DNA of 32,192 nucleotides from Candidatus Lindowbacteria bacterium RIFCSPLOWO2_12_FULL_62_27 (GTDB taxonomy: Bacteria > Lindowbacteria > 2-12-FULL-62-27). The stretch lies in contig MFPR01000005.1 in assembly GCA_001784175.1 (NCBI GenBank), positions 1 through 32,192 of the forward strand. Direction: 5' to 3'. Below are positions 17,281 through 23,873 of the stretch, in pieces (the first letter of the stretch is position 1; the number at the start of each line of letters is the position of its first letter). Made by a program: the position numbers and the translations under genes. Under the pieces are notes generated by a model, which was given only the letters and a program-made list of their open reading frames with translations, ran no database searches and had not been told where the DNA came from.

Positions 17281-18852
17281 TCAGTACTTCAGCTCCGTTC
17301 CGATCACAATCTCATGGGCGCTTCTTGGATGCGCTCCCGACGGAAGGGCATAGACATCTTTGGGTCTGAAATACCCGAAATTCAGAAATCCTTCAAGCCG
17401 CTCAAGAATCGGAAACGTGGTGTTCAGGTCGAATTCCCAGCCGACCTCGTTTGTCGTGGCCGTTGATGTTGCCTGACCCCCGCTCCAGTCGCCGACCACC
17501 CCGCGGCCGCGGTATACATCCTCGGTGGTCCGGAGCAGCATAAACGACGGCGTGATGACAACCTTCTTCGCCGGCGACGCCTCCATGAATACCTTATAGA
17601 CTGTCAGGTTGGCGAGGTTCGATTCCCAGAGAAAAAATCCCGCCCGGACGTCCTCCGTAAAAATGTTTCCGAATTTTTTGCGGTCCCGGCACGTGAACAG
17701 CGCGTTGAAATCCTTGACGTCCCCGGCCGCCGGATCGGTGACTTTGTTGCCGCTGCCGCGGGCGTATTCGAGGCCGGCAACCAGACGCGCAAGGGCCGAC
17801 GATTTCAGCGGGGCGCGCGCGGAAACGAAAATGGCGTTCGCGTCGGCATTCCGGCCTCCGGCGTACGACCCGCCGAGGCGGATACCCTCGAACTCCCAGT
17901 CCACCCCGCTTGTTGTTCCCTTTCCAGCGATGCCGATCCAGAGCGGCTCGAATTCGCCGTCGCGCCTCACCGTGCCGGCGTCGAAATCCTTGTCGAGATT
18001 GAGATCGGCGTCCCCGGTGTCGCCGTTGTCCAGAACCTTGACGGCATACAGCTCCAGACGCGACATCCCCGACGGCGGGCGGACCGTGGCGCTGAAAAAA
18101 GCGCCGTTGAGGCGGTTGTCCGCCTGAAACACCTGCTGGCGGTCGCCGGCGGGCGGACCCGTCTTGCGGAAATCGGAGTAGGTATTGTACCCGCCGGAGA
18201 GGGCCGCATACCCCAGAGAAAAATTGCCGGAGCCGAACGCCGCCGATTTCATCGGGACGGAGACTTTCACCATATCCGTCGGGCCTTCCATCACGATGTC
18301 GTTTCCGAACGTCAAGTTGGTCCGGCCGATCTGCACGGCGAAGGGTCCCGTATATTGCACATATAAATCCCTGAACAGCGCATATCGCACGGTGAGGAAT
18401 TCTCCCCAGCGCTCAAGCGTTCCTTCGCCGTCCTCCTTCCAGTCGAACGTGAAATTGCCCTTGTCCATCAGGGCGACGACCTGCCAGGACTGCCAGAGGG
18501 ATTCGATCCTGAGTTGCCAGCGGTAGTCGACAAAGGCGCGGTTGTCGAATTTCCAGCGCATGCCGGCGTGGTCGAAGTTGAAGTTGTCGCGGACGTTGTA
18601 TCGGATTTTGTATTTGCCCGACAGGTCGAACTTGAATTTGCTCTCTTTCTCCTCCTCAGCCTTGGCCTCGCGGGCCTCCATCTTCCGAATTTTTGTTTCC
18701 AGCTCCGCGATGCGCCGTCGCGCCTCCTCGTCCCGCCCGGTCTGCGGCGCCGACGCCACCTCCGGCTCGGTCCATTCCTCCTGCGCAGACGCGGGATGAT
18801 TGAATAGCGCCGCCATGAGAAACCACGCCGCAAAAACGCCCGCCCATTTCAT
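17281..18852 (-). CDS. outer-membrane beta-barrel (alginate-export/porin-like)
   Basis: Signal peptide (ASA-Q), coiled coil, amphipathic strands, EYARGSG, VGWEFDL, C-terminal GTELKY. Confidence 0.7.
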   Translation of the reverse strand: MKWAGVFAAWFLMAALFNHPASAQEEWTEPEVASAPQTGRDEEARRRIAELETKIRKMEAREAKAEEEKESKFKFDLSGKYKIRYNVRDNFNFDHAGMRWKFDNRAFVDYRWQLRIESLWQSWQVVALMDKGNFTFDWKEDGEGTLERWGEFLTVRYALFRDLYVQYTGPFAVQIGRTNLTFGNDIVMEGPTDMVKVSVPMKSAAFGSGNFSLGYAALSGGYNTYSDFRKTGPPAGDRQQVFQADNRLNGAFFSATVRPPSGMSRLELYAVKVLDNGDTGDADLNLDKDFDAGTVRRDGEFEPLWIGIAGKGTTSGVDWEFEGIRLGGSYAGGRNADANAIFVSARAPLKSSALARLVAGLEYARGSGNKVTDPAAGDVKDFNALFTCRDRKKFGNIFTEDVRAGFFLWESNLANLTVYKVFMEASPAKKVVITPSFMLLRTTEDVYRGRGVVGDWSGGQATSTATTNEVGWEFDLNTTFPILERLEGFLNFGYFRPKDVYALPSGAHPRSAHEIVIGTELKY

Positions 18853-18864
18853 CGCAAATCAACC

Positions 18865-19626
18865 TTACCGCCCTACGCCGCCCAGCGAATGGCAGCTCAT
18901 GCAACGCCCCTCATCCGGCAGAGATTTCATGTATGCCACAAGCGACTCGCGCTCCTCCACCAGCATGTCAATTTTGGGCATGACCGTCCCGGGGCTGACC
19001 TCGCGCGGCTCCTTGAAGTGTTCCTCCAGCCATTTGGCGTCGCGCCGGAGGCCCACGTCGCTCAGGTTGGGGCCAACCGTGCCGCCTTCTCCGAAAACGG
19101 AGTGGCAGTTGCCGCAGCCGAATGTGGCGAACAGGAGCTGTCCCTCGGTGATTTTCGGATCGGTCCGGATGGCCCGGTTGATCATCGGCGTTTGGGCGCC
19201 GTACCAGGTCAGAACAACCACGGCCGACAGGGTCGCCATCCCCAGCGCCGTCCAGCGGGGCCGATCCCACGGATGGCGCGAGATCGTTCGATCGAGCCGT
19301 GGGACGAGAAGCAGAGCCATGACGCCGACGAGAGGCACGCCCACCGCCGCCAGCGCCTCCAATTTTCCCGGAAAGAGTTTGAGCATCTGAAACAGGAAGA
19401 GAAAATACCATTCGGGCCGGGGATTGTAGGTGGTGGAGGCCGGATCGGCCATTTCATCGAGTTCCGCGCCAAGCGTCAACGCGAGAACGAGGACGATGAC
19501 CGTCAGCGCCGCCATTGCCACCAGGTCCTTGAAGACCGCATACGGGTAGAAGGATTTCCCGCGTTCTTTGGCCTGCCGGTACTCATCAAGAATTTTCTCG
19601 CGGTCCCGGTCCATTCCGGCGCTCAT
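18865..19626 (-). CDS. qcrC: Rieske/cytochrome b complex subunit IV fused to cytochrome c (QcrC-like)
   Basis: FYPYAVFKD, PRPEWYFLFLFQ (Qo PEWY), CGNCH..GPNL..MP heme domain, extra terminal CMSCH. Confidence 0.88.
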   Translation of the reverse strand: MSAGMDRDREKILDEYRQAKERGKSFYPYAVFKDLVAMAALTVIVLVLALTLGAELDEMADPASTTYNPRPEWYFLFLFQMLKLFPGKLEALAAVGVPLVGVMALLLVPRLDRTISRHPWDRPRWTALGMATLSAVVVLTWYGAQTPMINRAIRTDPKITEGQLLFATFGCGNCHSVFGEGGTVGPNLSDVGLRRDAKWLEEHFKEPREVSPGTVMPKIDMLVEERESLVAYMKSLPDEGRCMSCHSLGGVGR

Positions 19627-20297
19627 GGCTTTCTCTCCGGCGGCGCGGATATGCCATGCCAGACGACCAGAAAGAGGTGGACGACGACGAAAATGAGAAG
19701 AAGGGCGGGAAGAAGCAAAACGTGAAATGAGTAGAACCGGGTGAGCGTTCGGGCGCCCAGCACCTCGCCGCCCTTCAACACGCTTGCCGTCGCCGGCCCG
19801 ATGAGCGGAACCTGTTCGGCCATTTCAGTGCCGACTTGCGTTGCCCAGTAGGCTTTCTGATCCCAGGGCAGAAGATAACCGGTAAAGCCGAACCCGAGGA
19901 CGATGACGAAGAGAAAGACGCCGGTCGCCCACGTCATTTCGCGCGGGTACTTGTACGCGCCCATGAAAAAAACGCGAAGAAGGTGCAGGGTGACCATGAT
20001 CACCATGAGGCTCGCCGCCCATTTGTGTACGGCGCGCAGGAGACCTCCCATGGGCGTCTGGTCGATGAACTGGATGGACGCGTAGGCGTGGTCCGGCGTG
20101 GGAGCGTAATTCATCGCCAGAAGGATTCCGGTGAAGACCTGCACGAGGAACAAAAAGAGCGTGGCGCTGCCGAAGGTATACAGCCACGAGACCCGCCCGG
20201 AAATCTCCGGGATTTTTCGATCGAGGAGCGCGGCTTTGACCCGGCGCCAACCGCAGCGCTCATCGAGTTCCTGAAGCAACGATTCGTAACGGCTCAT
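19623..20297 (-). CDS. qcrB: cytochrome b6-type N-terminal subunit (QcrB-like)
   Basis: TGILLAMNY, RAVHKW..LHLLRVF, GYLLPWDQKAYW, RFYSFH..VHLFLV with four heme-b His; true start ATG 20297. Confidence 0.92.
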   Translation of the reverse strand: MSRYESLLQELDERCGWRRVKAALLDRKIPEISGRVSWLYTFGSATLFLFLVQVFTGILLAMNYAPTPDHAYASIQFIDQTPMGGLLRAVHKWAASLMVIMVTLHLLRVFFMGAYKYPREMTWATGVFLFVIVLGFGFTGYLLPWDQKAYWATQVGTEMAEQVPLIGPATASVLKGGEVLGARTLTRFYSFHVLLLPALLLIFVVVHLFLVVWHGISAPPERKP

Positions 20298-20298
20298 G

Positions 20299-20811
20299 CT
20301 ACACCCCCGCCCTTTTCTGAGCCACCGGCATGACATGCAGGCGGCCGTCCACCAGACGCGTCGGATACCGGTCCAATGGCCTCGGCGGCGGGCCTTCCAC
20401 CACCGCGCCGGTTTTGTCAAAGACGCCCATGTGACACGGGCACAAAAATTTCTGCCGCTGGGCGTCCCAGCGGAACGGACAGCCGAGGTGCGGGCAGTGC
20501 GGGTCGAATGCCTCGAAGGCCGATTCGGCCGTCCGGACAACCCAAACCGTCGCCCGGGATTGCGCGACGATCCACCCGTCCCGTTTTCGTTTCGAGATTT
20601 CGACTCTCTGGGGAACGCCGATTTTGAAGCCGTCCACGTCTCCGACGTCCGACCAGTCCGCCTCCCGTTTTCGCAAGAGGGGCGCAGAAAAAACCGTTCC
20701 ACCCACGCCCGCGAAAACGATGGCGATGAATCCGCCCATATAGTTGATGGCGCGGACAAACCAAGACCGGCGGGTCAATTCCGCCTCTTTGGGACAGGGT
20801 TGATCGCTCAT
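20299..20811 (-). CDS. qcrA: Rieske iron-sulfur subunit (QcrA-like)
   Basis: TRRSWF Tat anchor, CPHLGC and CPCHMGVF boxes, GPPPRPL; start 20811 forms an ATGA overlap. Confidence 0.92.
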   Translation of the reverse strand: MSDQPCPKEAELTRRSWFVRAINYMGGFIAIVFAGVGGTVFSAPLLRKREADWSDVGDVDGFKIGVPQRVEISKRKRDGWIVAQSRATVWVVRTAESAFEAFDPHCPHLGCPFRWDAQRQKFLCPCHMGVFDKTGAVVEGPPPRPLDRYPTRLVDGRLHVMPVAQKRAGV

Positions 20812-21248
20812 GGGTTGCCTCCCTTGGCGAGGGGCGATCCGTAGAGCACTTTGATCTTGCTGTCCGGGCCGTGGCATTTCACGCAGACGAGTTCCTGAAG
20901 GTTCGGTTTGAAGAGATGGGGATTTCTCAGCATGACAGCCTCCGTGAATATCGGTTCGCCCTCCGACCGCCGGGGCCGAACGATGATCCTGGACATGGTC
21001 TTTTTAAACGAGTTGGGGTGCAGAACCGTTCCCTCGTTGAAGTAGCCTTCCCTCTGATCCCCATCGCCGCCGGCCATGCGAAAACCGGCGTGGCAGGTGA
21101 TGCACGAATGGTTTTCGTGATTGTAGGCCGGATTGGTCGACCGGATGTGTCGCTCGTGGAGCGGCGCCGGCGCCTTTTCTCCGCAGGCCGAGCAGAACAC
21201 CGCCACGGCGAATACGGCGCAAATCCCGGCAGGTTTTGAGAAACGCAT
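20808..21248 (-). CDS. diheme cytochrome c lipoprotein
   Basis: Lipobox-like FCSA-C, CITCH and CVKCH, extra His residues, SD GGGAGG. Confidence 0.75.
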   Translation of the reverse strand: MRFSKPAGICAVFAVAVFCSACGEKAPAPLHERHIRSTNPAYNHENHSCITCHAGFRMAGGDGDQREGYFNEGTVLHPNSFKKTMSRIIVRPRRSEGEPIFTEAVMLRNPHLFKPNLQELVCVKCHGPDSKIKVLYGSPLAKGGNP

Positions 21249-21261
21249 TCCGGATTCCTCC

Positions 21262-21939
21262 CTATCCGGCGGCGGCGCGCGCGCCGGCCAGCCGAGTCTG
21301 TTCTTCGGACATGAAATCCTCCGTCATCAGCGCCACTCCCGCATAAAAACGGGACTGGCTTTCTTTCCGGATGTATCGGCAAAGATCGAATATCCATCGG
21401 AGCAGATGTTCCTTCAGAAAATCGTTTTGAATGACCCGGCATTTCTCCACCTCGGCCGCAAGACCCCGATCCATGGCGTCAACTTCTATACCGCACAGAA
21501 ATTGCATGAACTCCATCTCCACCCCGACGTGATCCGGGTGCTCGTCGCAATTTTTTCCGAGAACCGCGCCGGCGTAGTCGTAGAAGCGTTTGACGCCGAT
21601 CGTCACCTTGCCGCCCAGACGCATCTGGGGGTCGGTGAAAACCGATTCGTGGGGGCGTATGGGCGGGCCTTTGCGGCCGAGGGGAAGAACAAAGAGGCGT
21701 GTGTATTCCGCCGTGAGATCGCGCTCCAGGCCGGGGTCAGCGGCCGATTCGTCCAGAAACGCCGCCAGTTCCGCCCGCGCGGGGGAATCGTCCGAAAGCG
21801 ACAATTCGTCCAGCAAGCGCCGGGACCGGATCAGTTCAACGATACCGGCCGGAGGCGGCTGGGAATAGACGGACGAGAGAAACACATACAGATCGGCCCG
21901 GCGGCGGGATTCGAGAGATTCCGTGGACAACTCAGCCAT
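21262..21939 (-). CDS. TorD/DmsD-family chaperone
   Basis: RADLYVFLSSVY, EYTRLF, PHESVF, HPDHVGVEMEFM, FLKEHLLRWI. Confidence 0.9.
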   Translation of the reverse strand: MAELSTESLESRRRADLYVFLSSVYSQPPPAGIVELIRSRRLLDELSLSDDSPARAELAAFLDESAADPGLERDLTAEYTRLFVLPLGRKGPPIRPHESVFTDPQMRLGGKVTIGVKRFYDYAGAVLGKNCDEHPDHVGVEMEFMQFLCGIEVDAMDRGLAAEVEKCRVIQNDFLKEHLLRWIFDLCRYIRKESQSRFYAGVALMTEDFMSEEQTRLAGARAAAG

Positions 21940-23233
21940 TGCCGGACAACACCCATCGGCGCGCCATGGCGCGGCGCTTGCGTTCCTGATTCATGCAGAG
22001 CGGACAGTAAGGATCATCCGCCTGTTTGGAAACAAACGACGCGCGGCATGCACGGCAAATCTGACGGCGGCTTTCAATGAGTTTGCGCTCTCCCGCAAAC
22101 AGTATCGCGGGGTCGGCCGTCCGCGAAATCGTTATCGCCTTCGGCAGACACGCCGCGGCACAAACGCCGCAGGCGGTGCATGATTTCGGATCAAAATACA
22201 GCTCGAAGACATTACCCGATTCTACGCGCCGGATCGCATCGGTCGGACACAAACTCTCGCAGACGTTGCATCCCATGCAGGATTGCGACACGGAAATCCC
22301 GGCGAAATTTGCCGGATTTGCCGCGGGATCGGCCGTGACCGTATTCAGAGAGATCGTGTCGGCGGGCGTTTGGGTGGTCGCCCCGTCACTGTCTCGGAGC
22401 GATTCGATAAGTTCCAGAAGATGTTGCCGGCGGGGTGACGGGATTTTCCTCAATATTCTTTCACGGAACTTCTCCCCCACGCTCTTTTCTTCCCTTGTCG
22501 CATCCGGCTCGGGCAGAATCGCGGCGGCCTGGCCGACCGCCGATTTCAAGAACGTCCGGCGGGACGACAGGGGCGCCGGCAGGCCGGCCGGCTCAGGACA
22601 AAACGGCGCGGCGACGACGGACAGGCGGTCCGGCTCAATTCCGGCAAACTTCATGACCCGCCGCGCAATCTCCACCGTTCTTTCCATGCCGGCGCCGGCG
22701 CTTCGCATCGGACAGGTTTCACACGACGGCTTCAGAATCTCCACGCGTGCCGCTCCGTGACGGAATGATTCGAGAATGACGGGAACTGTGAGGCGGCCCA
22801 GACACACGAGCACGGCATCCGCCCCCGCGGAGTGACTGCAGGAGATGTTGAGAATCCGCGGAGCCGGCGGACGGGTATCCAGCAGGCGGCGGAATTTGAG
22901 GCCCCATTGCCTGTCGGTGGCGCAAACGGCGTCGAACCCTCCGTTCAAATCGGGAGACGCCGCCCCCGACTTGAGCGAACGGCATCCCTGCCGTTCGGGG
23001 TCGGGGACGGCTGACGTCCATGTCGCCGATCCCCTCATTTCAATCGCGCCGTTCGGGCAGGCCGGCACGCAAGCTCCGCAGGCGATACAAGCGTCGCTGA
23101 CGCGCGCGCCCTCCGCGCCGATCTGGACGGCGTCGACCGGGCAGGCCCGCGCGCACAGATCGCAGTCGGATTTGGAACAGAGGTACCGGCTGCAAAGCCC
23201 CGATTCGACGGCGACCGGGATTTGCGTCAGCAT
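21932..23233 (-). CDS. polyferredoxin (multiple 4Fe-4S), molybdoenzyme-associated
   Basis: CDLCARACP, CIACGACVPACP, CMGCNVCESLCP, CTACGVCAAACL, terminal CRAC..CPLC. Confidence 0.85.
   Translation of the reverse strand: MLTQIPVAVESGLCSRYLCSKSDCDLCARACPVDAVQIGAEGARVSDACIACGACVPACPNGAIEMRGSATWTSAVPDPERQGCRSLKSGAASPDLNGGFDAVCATDRQWGLKFRRLLDTRPPAPRILNISCSHSAGADAVLVCLGRLTVPVILESFRHGAARVEILKPSCETCPMRSAGAGMERTVEIARRVMKFAGIEPDRLSVVAAPFCPEPAGLPAPLSSRRTFLKSAVGQAAAILPEPDATREEKSVGEKFRERILRKIPSPRRQHLLELIESLRDSDGATTQTPADTISLNTVTADPAANPANFAGISVSQSCMGCNVCESLCPTDAIRRVESGNVFELYFDPKSCTACGVCAAACLPKAITISRTADPAILFAGERKLIESRRQICRACRASFVSKQADDPYCPLCMNQERKRRAMARRWVLSGNG
22933..23027. repeat. second in-frame palindromic element, in the polyferredoxin gene
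   Basis: Perfect 9-4-9 hairpin 22976-22997 (GGGA loop on minus) inside outer stem 22959-22970/23000-23011; GCGACATGGACGTC at 23026-23013; shares ACGGAGGGT-n-CG with the MMPL element. Confidence 0.6.
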
Positions 23234-23237
23234 TTCA

Positions 23238-23858
23238 TCACATCGAATACATCGTGCTGGGCTTTGTGCCGCTCTCGATCGAGAGCTTCACTTCCTTCGC
23301 CCGCTTCTGCCGAATCAGCGCGGTGAGGTCGTTGACCTCGCCGAAAAACCGCGTGCGGGCAATGCAGGCCGTCACGCAGGCCGGCAGAAGCCCCTTATCA
23401 ACCCGGTGGACGCAGAGCGTGCATTTTTCCATCGTCTGCGTGTCGGCGTTGTACTGCGGCGCGCCGTAGGGACAGGCCCAGGCGCAGTACCGGCATCCGA
23501 TACATTTGTCGCCGTTGATGAGGACAATGCCGTCCTCCTCGCGTTTGGTGATCGCTCCGACCGGGCAGGCGGCCACGCACGCGGGCTTGCCGCAGTGCAT
23601 GCAGGGCATCGGCACGAAATAGACACGCATGTCCTTCGCGGGCTTCGAAGGGTCGGTGAATTCTCCCTCTTCCACGGTGATCACGCGGTTGTAATCGACG
23701 CCGACCTGCGTGTTGTTTTCAGCCTTGCAGGCCATCGAGCAGGAGTTGCACCCGACGCAGTATTCGAGATCGATCCACAGGGCGAACTGTTTCCTGCCTC
23801 GCTTCTTAAAACTGGCGTCCAGAACTTCCTGCGAAATAAACGCGCCGCGCTCAGCCAT
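23238..23858 (-). CDS. 4Fe-4S dicluster B subunit (DmsB/NrfC-like), no Tat signal
   Basis: CVGCNSCSMAC, CMHCGKPACVAACP, CIGCRYCAWACP, CTLC..PACVTAC. Confidence 0.92.
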   Translation of the reverse strand: MAERGAFISQEVLDASFKKRGRKQFALWIDLEYCVGCNSCSMACKAENNTQVGVDYNRVITVEEGEFTDPSKPAKDMRVYFVPMPCMHCGKPACVAACPVGAITKREEDGIVLINGDKCIGCRYCAWACPYGAPQYNADTQTMEKCTLCVHRVDKGLLPACVTACIARTRFFGEVNDLTALIRQKRAKEVKLSIESGTKPSTMYSM

Positions 23859-23873
23859 GTCTCATCACCCCCC

